Shown in pieces: positions 24,582-38,300 of a DNA stretch of 64,000 nucleotides (positions are counted from its first letter, which is position 1; each line of letters begins with the position of its first letter). Position numbers and translations under genes: made by a program. The notes under the pieces were generated by a model, which was not told where the DNA came from, did no database searches, and was given only the letters and a program-made list of their open reading frames with translations. The stretch is from Halocafeteria seosinensis. Its lineage: Eukaryota. The DNA lies in assembly GCA_001687465.1 (NCBI GenBank), contig LVLI01000295.1, forward strand, positions 124,001 to 188,000, given 5' to 3'.

Positions 24582-25079
24582 CAACGCTTACGTTGTTTGA
24601 AAAGTGTTGGATACCCAATCCGTATCGTAGAGCAATAGAACTCTCTTGTTTCCCTATTTGCCACTACCCCGTCATGTAAAAGAAAATTTATTTCGTTTAA
24701 CATTACTTGACGAAACGCATTAAATAAACTCTGCCATCTTTGCGTGTCTTACCTTACCTGACTTTCTGCAAGCCCAACTCAGTGACCCACCCGTTGGACT
24801 TCCAGCGGCCTCAACTTCAACTTGCTCGAGCGGGACTTCCACTTGCCTGTATTAGCCAGTGTTTGATTGCCCCCCCCCCGAGGCGGTGTCATGGAGCGCA
24901 CGTAGGTCACTTATTAGAGGTGGCATGGGAGACATTAGCACCGCCTGTATGGCGTGTAATTTGGAGCACGGAATCCAAGCTCCGCTGCGACCAGCTCGAA
25001 TTCGGTGGGTCAATGGCGTCATTAGTCTAAAGTGAATTTTTGGGAACCTGTACAGCCCCGGAGGGGAGTCGTAGCAACG

Positions 25080-28000
25080 ATGTCCACCTTGGCGGAAATT
25101 GAGAGACTGAAGGCGCAACTGGAAGTGGTCATTAAAGAGGACCATTGGTTCACTCAGCGTCAGGTGGAGGAAGTCCTCAACGGCGAACGCCCCGTGCAAG
25201 AGTTCCGCCAGTGGAAGTGCCTCGTATGTGCTTAACTTTTCGCTCCTTACGCGGCAGATGTTCCCGACTGATAATTGAAGCCTCCTCGCAGAATCCCGAG
25301 GCGTGTATCGTTCAGCCTAGCAATTTGACAGTCACGTGTGCTGAAGGGTATCAAGGACCTCTATGTGCAGTATGCGATTCCAACTACGGGTCGGCCGGAG
25401 GACATGAGTGTACAAAGTGCCAAGATTCTTGTACGTGGTGGAAAACGTGAATTTGCTATGGGGATTTGGAGGCTCAAGGCTTCTCTTCATTATTTTGTGC
25501 TTCGACAGCCGTCAACTGGGTACTGCTTGTACTGATTCTTATAGTAATCACTGTAGTCGCCGTACTCGCTATTATGAGAGTGCTCAGGAAAGCTTCCAAG
25601 AACACACTTGTAGACACATATCAGAAGCGAGAGTTACTAACGACGATGAAGGTATTTCGAACGACTTAGAGGTTGCCCACCCCGCACGACCACTATCGTG
25701 ACCCATTCTGCATGCAGATATTATTCAACTTTCTTCAGGTTTTATCTTTTTTCTCTGAGTTTGCCGTCGAATGGAGCACCCAAGTCTTAAGTAAGACAAC
25801 AGGCAACTATCCCTAGTTCACAATTTCGATCTTGATGCCTCCTGGTCGCTGCAGATCTGTTCGGAACTGCGGGATCTACGACGGGTTTATCATTTAATTT
25901 AAGTTTTATAGACTGTGCTCTGGGATGGAACTCGCGACAACGTTATGTATTCATTTTTATCTTGCCTTTCCTGATAATATTGATCCCTGCAATTGCGATA
26001 TCCTTGGTTCTGTTGTGGCATCAGAAGAAATCCCGTGCCTCCGAAGCTCGACAAGGCTATCCTTTACCGCCTCTGTTATTCTGGGGAGTAACACCGGTAG
26101 GGCTGTATAGCACAATTGTAATGGTTTTGCTCTTTCTCTTTTACCCAACAGCCAGTCGAAACAGCTTGCTGATGGTCAAATGCTCCAAACCGATTGATGG
26201 GACGCAATACATTACCGATGACTTTACGCTATCCTGCGAAGATTCTTCTCACGCTATTTTCAGTGCTTTGGCGTGGATCCAGTTGACCTTAATTTCGTTT
26301 GGCTTTCCAATTGTTAGTGCTGGAGTACTATTTTACAATCGCGATAAACTCCATCATGATCGTATCCGACGAAGGTTTTCTTTTCTATACTCTGGCTATG
26401 ATAAGACTAGGTACTGGTACGAGTCCGTAATCATGGCGCGGAAGTTCGGTCTCATTGGGGCCGCAGTCACTTTGAGCGATTCCTCGGTAGGATATCAGCT
26501 GTTTTGGGGTGTCACGATACTAGTGGTTTCTCTCCTACTCCATTTGTGGCTGAGACCATTCCAAGACCATATGCATGGTGTCATTGAACAGATTGCTTTG
26601 ATATCTTTGGTTTTTATTCTTCTTATTGGACAGCTAATTGCATTTCAAGATCTTTCAGCAGGAATGGGTGCTTTCTTAACTAGCATCATTGTTATATCTG
26701 TGTGCACTGTTACATTGGCAACATTGTCTGTGCTTGTGTACGATCTCAGACAGATAGCAAAAAACTCGGAGTTTCCCAAACGATTGAGGTTCGCATTCTT
26801 GAAGAAAGACACTCGCGATAGCGTGTCCACGTTCGACTCCGCCCAATCACATGAGATACCAGAGCTTCCCAGTAATTCCGATTGGGAAAAGCGAACTCAT
26901 CCTAACGGCATGGTGTATTATTTCAATAAGAAAACGCATAAATCCCAGTGGGACAAACCCGCTGAACTCGAAGAGGCCGAAGACGAGCAAAATCGAATTG
27001 CTTCCGCTTGGGATATCAAGCAGCATCCCAAGTATCAACTTCCTTACTATGTTAACTACATAACGCGGGAAATGAAATGGGAAAGGCCACAGGAGATGCC
27101 TTTGAAACCCGGAGAATGTTGGGAAATTCGAGTAAGCGAATTGTTTGAAACATGGCTTTACGATTATGGCTTACTTGTGTTCAATGTGATGCAGGTGGAC
27201 TCCTCCACTGGAGTTCCGTACTTTTACAACTCCCTGACAGATAAAACCGAATGGGAAAAGCCCGAAGACTTTGTTCCCGCGCCTGAGCAGCAGGCATATC
27301 TTCTGGCGCTGGAGAAGCAGTCTGCAGGTGGCCCATCTGCGGGCCCTCCGCCTGCTATTCAAGGTGCGGCAGCGGTCAGAAGCTTAATCAGCTCGAAGCG
27401 CGACAGTGTAGCTACCGAGAGCAAAGGGTCGACCAGCGAGGTACCTCGCGAAGATATCCCAACAGACGCATTTGTGCGATCCAAATCGCGACCGTTCAGT
27501 GAACGAATCGGCCTCAACTGGATTCGTGATAGGCTGTGGAAGGGCGAAGATTCGGGGGATGGCAAGGGGCAGGCACCGCACAGAAAAAGTATAAAGCTCA
27601 ACCCAATGAATACCCAAAAACGGCGGCGGGCAACGTCTCATCGCTTTGGCCCGATATTTGAGCTAGGGACATCGCAAGGTGCTCATTCTGCACGAAGTCT
27701 TAGTACCGAAGCTCGAAATTCACGAACGATCAGTCAGAGAAACCCCGTTCGGGATGTGCAAGGTCCTACGAAGTCAAGTAGAGCTGCTACATTTGATAAG
27801 CAAATTGCGGGTAGCAAGAGTGACGCTGCCACCAAAGATAAAAGAGGGGATACGAGAGTAGCGCCGAGGCTCCATCGAGCATCGGCCACTCAAGTTGGTG
27901 GCGCAGTAGAAACTGGTTCCGTTGAAAGTACTTCCCCACGTTCTGAAGTTCCTTCCGCAAGCGCATTAACGAACGAAACTAACGACACCGTGATATCCGT

Positions 28001-28145
28001 GAGAGGGCCATGGCAATGTTTCTACGATAACGACGAAGAGGAATATTACTGGGTCAACACAGACACTGGTGCTACACTATGGCAGGCTGAGTTTGATGAA
28101 TTGTACGAGAGTTCAGAAGAGTCTGAAGAGGAAGAAACTTGGTGA
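25080..28145 (+). CDS. Cys-rich ectodomain + multi-pass membrane protein with four cytoplasmic WW domains (5' end probably damaged)
   Basis: 'CAEGYQGPLCAVC', 'KILFNFLQV', 'FSFLYSGYDKTRYWYESVIMARK', 'LRPF'; WW motifs near 26875-26960, 27005-27090, 27115-27265 and 28005-28085. Confidence 0.75.
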
Positions 28146-28494
28146 TGGTTCTTCTTTCTCGAAATCTGAGGGCGCATGGGCCTGGTCTAGTGGGTTTTAT
28201 TGCGGAAACTGATAGCAATTTTATACGACCAACAGCAGCGGTGATATGATCCGTAACATCAGACGCATAATGTTTTAGACATGAATTTAGGTAGCAGATA
28301 AAGGGTAGCATGCGGCGACGACAGCAATGTTTGATTCAGAAGGAACGCGTATATGGAGTGCTCATTGGTCCTCCCGCAAAATTCCAAAACATCTTCAGCG
28401 ATATGCAGGTAGACTCCAGAAGCTTCATTCAAGCCTTTGTGGAACATCGGGGCATGTGTAACTTGACAGGTGTGAACAATTCCGAAAAGTCTGG

Positions 28495-29582
28495 TTATTT
28501 CATGATACGTGCAGCCTTGCTAACTTGGGTAAAGGCAAGATCCGTAATCGTAGTCTGATCGCAACCGCAGATATTGAGAAATGACAAATTCGATAAATGT
28601 TGGAACGCACGATCACTAATGGACTCTTGATGACAGTAACTCATGTCCAGCCGTAACAAATTTGAGAGATACTGAAACGCAGCATCGGTAATCGTTGTCT
28701 GATCACAAATATCCATATTCAATTTCACCAAACTGGACAAGTGCTGAAAGGCAGAATCGGTAATCGTCGTCTGATTACACCCCGACATGCGCAACGTTGA
28801 CAGCTCTGATAGGTGTTGAAAGGCAGAATCCGATCGTCGTCTGACTACAAAAGCTCATACCTAGAGATGACAAATTCGACAAATGTTGGAACGCACGATC
28901 ACTAATCGACTCTTGACGACAGTAGCTTATGTTCAACCGTGACAAATTTGAGAGATACTGAAATGCAGCATCTGTAATCGATGTCTGAGTGCACAACTCC
29001 AAAGTCAGTGTTCCCAGATTTGACAAGTGTTGAAAGGCAGAATCCGTAATCGTCGTCTGGCGGCAACAGTATACATCCAGCCAGGACAACTTTGACAAGT
29101 GTTGAAACGCTGTATCTGTGATCGTAGTCTGAAAGCAATAGTTCATACGTAGAAATAACAAATTAGACAAGTGTTGGAATGCAACTCATGTCCAGCCGTA
29201 ACAAATTTGAGAGATGTTGAAACGCCGAATCTGTAATGTTTGAAGCACGAACTGGAATGCGTAAATACATCAACCTCGAAAAACTTTTGAAAGTTGATTC
29301 AGGGACGCTGATAAAGGCTTGTGCATTCAAAGAACGTAGATTTGGTAGTGTGCTTAACCTAGCCTCCAAACAGCTTGCCGAATTCCCAAACGGACGAAGC
29401 TGTCCTTGAAAGTTTGGGGAATAGTTTCTCCGCGAATACATTCTTAAGTCGTTAAACAATTCGATCTCGCGTTCACATCGGGGCCAGGCTAAATTGTCAC
29501 ACTGAAACTGCCATTCTATGGTTGTGGTGTTATCCGAAGTTTTCCCTACTGTGCGCCAGTAGTCAACCACATGATCCAACAC
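28495..29582 (-). pseudogene. Leucine-rich repeat protein (24-aa Cys-containing LRR) with frameshifts
   Basis: About 11 repeats of TITDxAFQHLSxLxxLxMxxCxQ split over three ORFs by an ~29-nt deletion (~29185) and a 2-nt deletion (~28832); no clear ATG. Confidence 0.8.
28520..29240 (-). repeat. 72-nt coding tandem repeat array (LRR units)
   Basis: Recurring near-identical + strand blocks, e.g. 'gacaagtgttgaaaggcagaatc', 'aaatgttggaacgcacgatcactaat', 'aaatttgagagatactgaaa'. Confidence 0.9.
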
Positions 29583-30252
29583 GTAAGTAGTCGGCCCTGG
29601 ACCTGACTGATTGCATTCCGATACAGGCTCACAGCAGCCGGGGTTTCATTGAAACCACGATTCCAGGTAGATCTTAAGCAGTGACTGGGAGAGATATGCC
29701 TTGGATGGGGTCCGTGCTTCCGCACGACTTTCGTTTCTGTCGTGGAGCATGCCAGTAGTCGCTAGGAACATAACTCAAACTACCGATGATCACGTCTTAG
29801 TGAGGAGCCTGGACAAAACCCAGAGACCCCAACAAGACATCGAATTTGACGAATGCGATGGATGTAGTACAGAGTCTTTCTGCCTTTGGTTGTAAGAAGT
29901 TATTATAATGACCGACTCTACAAACTTAAACGACAATTTTCCGAGTCCAGGCTTTCTTTGCATTTGAAAGGATCGATTAGTTTCATAATTTCACGTGCAG
30001 TAGATATCTAATAAACCCACCATCTGATACGCAGTGTATACAGACAGAAGGAATGACCGGCGCCCTCAATGCTATCGACAACAACAACTTGTCATTTGTC
30101 TATAGTGTTCGTTTGGGAAAGAAATAGTACATGCTTCATACAATTACACAGCGTTGGTATTTGTTCTAACACTGCAAGCGTAAGCCACTTTAGAATTCCA
30201 GTAACTGAAGTTTCCATGACAACACACATTCCCCTTTTTCTCGCAATGGTTT

Positions 30253-33200
30253 TCAGCGGATAATCTTCTTGCTTGATGAGCGAAATTCTTTGCTGTAAAA
30301 CCCATTGTAATCGAGACGAGAGCAGAGATGCGCCAAATGAGATTGATACTGCAAATTCGTGGTACTCGAGAGTATTGCCGTCGATGTTCAGTCAGAAATG
30401 AAGACAATTCATACTTACATTGTTGAAACTTCTCTGCCCCAGCTTGAATAGCTTGGATAAGAACTTCTTGAGGAGGTTATCGAAGAGATCATTACTCTCT
30501 TGCACCATTTTCTGCCAGTTTTCCTGGGCAATTGAATGCCGCATAGCTTCGGTTTGGGCTTCAACTCTTCGAATGCGTATTTGGGTATCTGACAACGTCC
30601 AGGAATCAGCCTCGCCTCCTTGCGATTTTGTTTCTGAGTTCCCACGGGGGGTTTCGGCACCAGGCTTTTCTCCACGCCCGAAACCTTCTTCATGGCGTTG
30701 TTTCCGAGCTCGTCGACGTCGATTCATGGCATTCTTTACTTCGGGAGTGATACCCGCTCGTTGGTCAACTTCATCTTCTGTTAGCTTATTGCTGTCGATA
30801 GCAGCGGCCATTTGTTCCGAGAGTAACATGCAAAGTGTGGCGATCTTATGCAATAGTGTGAATAGTTCCTTGTTCGTCAAAAGGCACTGCTCCAAACAGT
30901 TATCGAGAAAATTCCTGGAAAATCCGAAGACATCATAACCACAGGATTCTTTTTTTAAAAGCCAGCTTTTACGTACTCGTGGTGACGAATGACGTCGTCA
31001 ACCGTACTAGTTTTCTCGGGGGACCGAATAAGACGGTTCATTTCATGCCACTGAGGTTCAATGACTTCGAAAGTCATGTAATATATAAGATTCTGCATAA
31101 AATGAAGCATCCGCTGTCGAGCCAGATAACTTCTTGACAAAGCTCCTCTCAAGTTTAACTCTTTGCACTCTTGGTGGGCCGTCCACGCTCTGCACAGTCT
31201 TCTTTCAACGTGCTTGCAATAAAATAAATGTCTAAATAACAGCTGGTACTTCACGAGGGCACCTCGTGATAGCACGATATTCAGCGGCCAGTCAATGATA
31301 TAATCTAACGTAAGACAATTAAACGCTTTCAGTTTAATTGACTGAGAGCTCCTCTGACCTCCATCATGCGTTGTTTCGTTGATTGCCTCCACTTGGTCGA
31401 CTAATGAGTCACTCTCAAGACGACATGTGATTTCATCTTTGTATGGATCCATAGCAGTTACTGACGTCCTTATCGCCAACTCTAAGAGGCTGCGAAGCCG
31501 TTGCACAGAGGCACTACGACGCGACATGGCTGATCGCGAGTAGGGAGCTTGTGATGCTTCCGGAGTGGTACTGTCTGCAAAAGCCAAATCCAATACTTCT
31601 AAAGTACACTCTGCATGTTCCAAACCTGAACTGGCAAAACTAACAGGAAGCATCAGAGCCCCTGCGCCTTCTCATGGGAAGGAGCCTCAAAAACGTTAAA
31701 TAGCATGCTTGGCGCATATAGTCTAATCATTTGCTTCGCAAGGTACAAGAAAAGGGAAAAAAAAAGAAAGAAAAAAAGTGCTTACCGATAGGCTTTCCTA
31801 GTTCTTCTTCGGCAGCATCCATAAAATTCTCGATGTAGTCTCCGAAGCTCATGAAGAAGTAAGCTTTCATTGAGTGTAGACGCTGAATATCCATCAACAG
31901 GAGTAACGGAAAACACAGAAATGAGAACGGTAACATGCACTTACACCAATCAAGTCCTTATCGCGCATCACATATTGCAAGAGGCGGTGAGAAGCCCACT
32001 CATAAGCTTGCTGAATGACAACAGTGTAGTCTCTTTCATCGGGAGAAAAAGGTATAACAGTGGCATGCGGCACCGTTACTTCGTACTCTGGAAGTCCCGA
32101 ATACCTGAGAGCATTTAGATATTTTCCCGTCGTCAAGATAGGCTCCTGCAAAGTTTGAAGGAACTCAGGGACATTGACTGTGACGATGTAGTATCTACTG
32201 TTCCAACTATTTGCGTGGAAGTCTTTTTCAAATTCTTCTTCTTGCAAGCCCTCATTCTCCTTCACCATGAATTCGTTAGTTCTGCAACCCAGATACCGGC
32301 GTCTTCGCGGAAAACTTTCCCTCTCCTTGGCTTACTTACGGATCGTCGATGATGCCAAAGAAAATCCATTTTTGTAGCATTTGCAGAAACGGTTTGCTGG
32401 CCCGTTCTAGCAAGAAAAAGATCATATCACGGGACGCGTCGTCACCCGCTGTTCGATATGCTCTGCAAGTAGTGACGGGATTTCGTACAGTATCTGGTCC
32501 ACGAGTAGGTGTACAGTCAACTTACTTATATAAAACATTGAGAAGAGCACCTCCGCGAGTTTCCTTGTCAATGACATCGCTACCTGTAGTAAGGATGTTC
32601 TGCAACGTAGAGAGTGTGCGTGAGGCCTTCTGAAGATGAAACCACATTTGCTGCAAGCTTAGAGGAAGGCTATTAGCCCCAGCATCGCCATAAGCGACTC
32701 GAGACATGTGTTCTAGTTGAGATACCAGCAGCGTATACTCGCGAAGAACTAAATTGACGGCCGATGCAAGCGCTTGCCCAACGAGACCGGCTTCAGGGAA
32801 CGACTTTCTTTCGACAAACAAGCGCAGTAAAATGTACTGGTTGGCGATCGGTAATATTCTCTCCACAAGCGATGCAAGCGCGGGATCACAGTCACTTGCC
32901 AGGACAAGCTGTGCATTTTCGATGGGATGCTCTCCGAGCAAAAGATAATCATCATGTGCCACATCCACCCGGGCGTCACTCAGGCGGTGCAGAGGATAAG
33001 ATTGCCTATCCGGACGCTTTTCCTCGGCAACTCTTGAGTTTCCAAAAGACACTTCGATGTGTCGTCCAGTCGCGCCAACGAGAGCATCAAGACAATCTTC
33101 TACGAGGATCGCTTCTTGTAACGGAAGCGGGTACCCTTCTATTTGCGACTTCTCTTGTTTCGATGTCACCTCTCTTTGTTTCATTGAGCGACCAGCATCC

Positions 33201-34912
33201 GTCAGAGTATAGCTCAACGGAGGGACTCCGATAAGACTGGACCGCAAAATGTTCCATTCGGCTGTGAAACCTGAATGCGGAAACGTAAAAAACCAGCTGG
33301 ACTTCCCCAATTCCGCGAACGATCGCGTTAGTGCTTGGTCGTTAGACCATATACTGTTCCAGAGTTGCAACAACCATACTGTAGCAACAGGTTGAACAAA
33401 CTTAAGCATAGATTTTACTATCATATCCCATTCAAGGGACAAAAACGTCGAAAAGGCAGAATCGATTGACTCCAACTCGGCGTCAGACAAGCTATCCACT
33501 ACAATGTGGTATCCGTCATCTACAAGGAACTGCCCATCGCTTGTTCGCAGAAGCACCCGCTCACAGAGTTGCACAAGTAAAGGCGGGGCCTCATTATGAC
33601 TGTGAATTCCAAGAGCGAATTTACGCGGTCCTAAAGCGGCCATTAATACCGCTGGAACTTGAGAATTGGTCGAATGTCTCGTAGCTCCGATTTCCTTGCT
33701 TAACGCACGCTCAATGGCTATAGAGAGCGGCGAAACCACTTCAAGCGCATCTTCTTCAGACGGAACAGATACAGACGCTTTCAGGGTTCCTTCAATGGGA
33801 GCAACATACTTCCCAGTCTTTTGGCACTGCAGCAATATTTTATCCCCAAGAGCTACGGGGCAGGTATCGGACGTCTTCAACGGGTTGAAAAGGACAAAAA
33901 CATCGCGTTTTCGTCCTTCTCCGTTGCCCGTTGACGTTGCAATAGTGTCACCAGATCCTTCCCGATGTTTGAAGTATCCTTGACGATACCCTTTCATCGG
34001 AGATAAGTCTGACGTGAAAAGGTCGTCTTGGTTTCTCAACCGATCAAGCAGTGCATCCGTCGTGAGGGGAGTTTCCTCTCCTTGTGTCACCTTACTCGCT
34101 TGCCATTCGTCTGTCGAACCCACCATCAAGTAACGTGAGGAAGCCTTACCACCTTTCAGCATTATCTTGGAGCCATACCGTAGGAGGGAATTAGAAGTAC
34201 CGAGTCGGGTATCTGTATTAGACTCTCCATTCGTATCTTCTATCCCTGCTATGTTTGCAACACTTTGCAAATAATCGTGTACCCCACCGACTATTAGCCC
34301 CTCTCGCTCGTGTAGACGTTTTTTCCTTCGTCTGTTCATCTGACGTTCAGAATCATGGGGAGCCTGTCTCTGCTCTGTAATCTCGTCCTCCCTCTCCTCA
34401 GTGCTTTTCCCTCCTGCGTACTCCTCCTCAGCCTGCTTGGTCTCAGTGAAATAGTCCCCGCGTTTCCCTGGATATTCATGTCCAAGGCGCCCGTGGGTCG
34501 TGTGGCGTTGCTGGGGACGGGAAGGCATGTGTTGGTCCAGGAGAGCTCTCAGGTCCTGCTCCTCAACGACATCGCTCAGAGTGTACAGAACCGGGAGTAA
34601 ACGATGAGGGTGCTTCCTGGCCAAAGCCTGAACATTCTCCCTCAAATATTCGGTGTATCCTGGTCGACAATGCGTCTCCAACAGGGCCACGCAGTCCTCT
34701 GTGAGCTTTGGGTTGTCTCGGAGGAGCGTACTACTCGGACTAGACGACCTCGAAGGACCCGACTGGTACGCATCCAGCACCTGATTCACTTTATGGCGAT
34801 CACGGAGAGCCAGAGCTCTCATTATCGTGGTAAGTTGGACATCACTGCCCTGGCGCCGGCGCTCTTCTCCCTCCTTTTCCTGGCTGTGTGGGCGTCCCAG
34901 CTCCTCGCTCAT
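30253..34912 (-). CDS. TUBGCP2: Gamma-tubulin complex component 2
   Basis: 'LQEAILVEDCLDALVG', 'GLVGQALASAV', 'LSLQQMWFHLQ', 'ILTTGKYLNALR', 'WPLNIVLSRGALVKYQLLFRHLFYCKHVERRL', terminal 'RLDYNGFY'; multi-exon. Confidence 0.92.
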
Positions 34913-35018
34913 CTTCTCGGAGCTGTTGGATAAGTTGTCGTAATGAATTCGGCGGAGAAAAACGAAACATTCGTGTCCATAGAACCTGTAAAAGGCTCCA
35001 AAGGGGATCTTTTTTTTT

Positions 35019-35091
35019 TTTGAAATTTGAATCCGAAGCCCCTCCGCGCGGCCTCCGGGCTTAGATCCCGGATACACAGTTTTGGCGGAAA
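35019..35091. promoter_or_regulatory. Tandem CHR-like TTTGAA x2 plus E2F-like TTTTGGCGG upstream of GCP2
   Basis: TTTGAA at 35019 and 35026; TTTTGGCGGAAA at 35080-35091; about 110-180 nt upstream of the ATG. Confidence 0.4.
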
Positions 35092-35306
35092 CTTTTGGGA
35101 ATTGGAAGGTTAAAAAGTTTCAGGAAGCGGGAGGCAGTCCAGATACGCTGCGTAGAATGTAGAGAATTTTAAAAACTTCAAGGACGTTTGTCGTATTTGT
35201 TGAGATGTACTGAGTGGTTCTAAGGAGAGAAATAGCACGGATGAGGGCATTCAGTACAAGTTCGTGTTGTACCTGTATCATTTGGAATTGGAACGTTACG
35301 CAGAAT

Positions 35307-38300
35307 CTACAATCCATCGGAAGAATCTCCTTTCTGTTTCTTGTTAGCATCTATCAAACCCCGGTAACCTTTGTTCTCTCCAATAGCTTTTAGCAACATA
35401 CTATTTGACCGTTTTCCTAATATGTTTGTGGGCTTCTTGGGACGAGATGTGGTGGGGGCTGTTTGAGGAGCAGATTCTTGTGTTGGGGGGTCTGATTGCT
35501 TTGCAGAGCTATCTTTTTTCGCCTTTTGGAAGACGAAACCACGAGCTCCCTTAGTGGATACTCGTCCACCCCGAGAAGCGGACCCCGAAGCAGAGCGCTG
35601 TACACTGGTGTTCGTGACAGCTCCGTCGTTTTGCCGCTTCAAAGATAGGTGCGCGTACTTGCTATGGGAGTCCCAGTCGGGCAAAGAATCCAGATTAAGC
35701 CAGGTGTCCCAATTGCTTTGCAAATGCCCATCATTGCTATATCCTTCCGTAGCACTGTGACCGAAGCTCCCGAACCCGTGCATGGTGCTTTCACTGTTGA
35801 ACGGTTGGTCACTAAAACCAGACATAAGTACAGACTCAGACCCGATGTTCTCCTCAAAGGACGGTGGAGCACTCGACGCTCGTGCGATAGGCGTGGGTTC
35901 AGCCGCTGACGCATCAGAGTATACTAGGTTCCCGCTCTGAGGCGCTGACACTCCGACTGATCTAAGCGCTTGCTGAAGCATAGATCCCCCGGCTGGCTCC
36001 TGGTCATGAATTTGAGACGAGGTAGACGTTGATATGGAACTCGTTGCCTCCTCGGTATTCGCCTGCTTTCCGGTGTCCCTTGTAGCATCCCTGGGAGCAT
36101 CAACACGAGAGGCGTTCTGACAGCCTTCCATAGCAGTCGAACCATCAGCGGGAACAGCGGGCTTTACTTCCTCACAAAACCCAACCCTACGGTGTTTTGC
36201 TACTTCTTGTTCCTCCGCCGGTAGTTTCATCGTGCCATCGTTCCGCTCTGAGTCCAAAAGAGAATCCAGCGGAGAGCCATATTGGTGATCCGACACTGGC
36301 GTGTTCTGGGTCTGGGACTCTTCACGGCGAAGCTTACCCAAGTCTTCTCCATAGCTAAACATACATGCACCTCTTCTTCTCTTTCTTGTAAATACCGTAG
36401 CATCAGCATGCCCTTCTGTCTCCTCGGCACTCTCTGTTTGTTGCTCGACTTGTTCGCTTGAGCCCTTAGCTCTCTGTCGACATCGCTGCACCGCCTTTTG
36501 CAGGGCAGTTTGTACGTCGAAGTGATCATTGTCGTCCTCTTCGTCTTCCGCGGATGAGCCTTCCTCATTTCCACGCTCTTCACCGTCATCTTCCGATTCG
36601 CTGTCAAATAAACCTTCATCGTCGGCAGCCAAGTCCTTGTCCTCGGTGGAGACCCTTGCTCCATATTCTTCGGCTCCTCTTTCACGCTTCTGTTTTTCCC
36701 TTTGTTCAATTGCGGCTTCGTCATCATATTCTTCGAACGCATCCTCCGCTTCTTCCATTTTCTCCAGATTTGCCCGGGCTCGATTGTTCGTGCTGCGGCG
36801 CTTCTTCCTATACTTGTTGTGTCCCTCTTTAACTGCGCGGATAACTGTCTTGACTTGCTGTTCGTCAAGTTTGCGCTGAAGTTCGGCAACGAATGCCTGG
36901 TCAACATCATCCTCTTCGTCGCTCGAGACGTCGTCAACAATACCTTCTAGTGCCTCTGAAAGATCTACATTGTATCCTAATGCCTCTTGTTCTTCCTTCT
37001 GTTCTTCTGCAGTTTGCGCGGCCTTCTGTTGCTCGTCGGAGTTAGTAAAGTTACCGATCATCGAAAGTTGTTTGACTTGGTCGTCTTCCTCTTCGCCCTC
37101 TGAGGCTTCTGCTTCAACTAACTCGCCAATTTCTTCTTCAGTTTTTCCCTGGGCTAGTAGAGCCTTCTTGTACTCTTGCTGCTCACGCTTCCTGGTAGAT
37201 TCCTTTTCCATCTCCTTGCGGATCATCTCGGCATACTTGCTGTTCCTCGGCTTGTCGCTCTCGTGGTATTGCTTTTCACTAGAGCTTTCATCGTCGTCTT
37301 CGTTGTCATCTTCGTCTTCATTGTCACCTCCGTTTTCATTGTCACCTTCATTTTCTTCGTCCTCTTCACCAGTGTACTCCGGTTCAGACTCTTCATGTTT
37401 GCTAGTTTCGCGGGATTCTGCAGGTTTCTGATCGCCAATGGGTTCATCTGTTGCTTCTTTTCCAGTGGAGACTTTCTTAAGAAAGAAATTTTCAAATGCT
37501 GTTGATGACGTTTTCGGTGGTTTAGATTCACTTGCATTTGCACTTGTTTCTGCCGACGACGCGTTCTTTCCAGAGAAGAGGCCAAACAACGTCGGCTGTT
37601 GCTTTACAGATTTCGTAATGGATCCGTCTTTGGCCACATGTTGCTTTGGACCATCCACGACAAGGGCAGGAGCAGCGCTCGAAGGGGTCGTCGATGCTGT
37701 TCTTCCATGTGCTTCAGAGGATGTCGACTCTGACTTTTCAGCGACGAGAGAACTGGTGGGCAAACTCATGTGAGATTCTTGCTCTCCAGAGGCACTCTCG
37801 TGAGCAATATTGGATTCCCTCGGAGTAGGCATGCTATGCGCACTGGTTGCAGAGGAATAAATGGCATCCAGATGCTCTTCACCCGAAGTATTCGTTGACC
37901 CATCCCCGGCCCTTTTAGGCTTTTGAGTGCCATACGTCCGTTTTACTTGGGGCGCCTGCGATAATGTGTTGGATTCACCACTCTCTGTCTTAGTTGTGGA
38001 GATGCTTTCACCGGATAGTTGAGGAGAACTTGGCATGCTTAGTGAATTCTCTGTCTCTCCTCGAAGAGACTCTGATGCGACCGGTAGCTTGGATGCCCTT
38101 CTTGGGTCATCTTCCACGACCATCTTTTCCTCTCGACCCTTGCTATCTTCGTCCTCTCGTTTTTCGTCCGGGGTTGGTTGTTCCTCCTGAGTACGCTTAG
38201 CCTCCTGGTCAGCAACAGATATGGAAGCATCTGTGTGCTTCTCGGCGACATCAGCTGCACCAATTTTCTCCAGAAATCGTTGAGCGCGAAGTTTACCTTT

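Noticed and set aside
28520..29240. Regularly spaced repeats superficially like a CRISPR array
   Set aside because: The 72-nt period encodes LRRs; there is no repeat-spacer structure or cas gene, and the context is eukaryotic.
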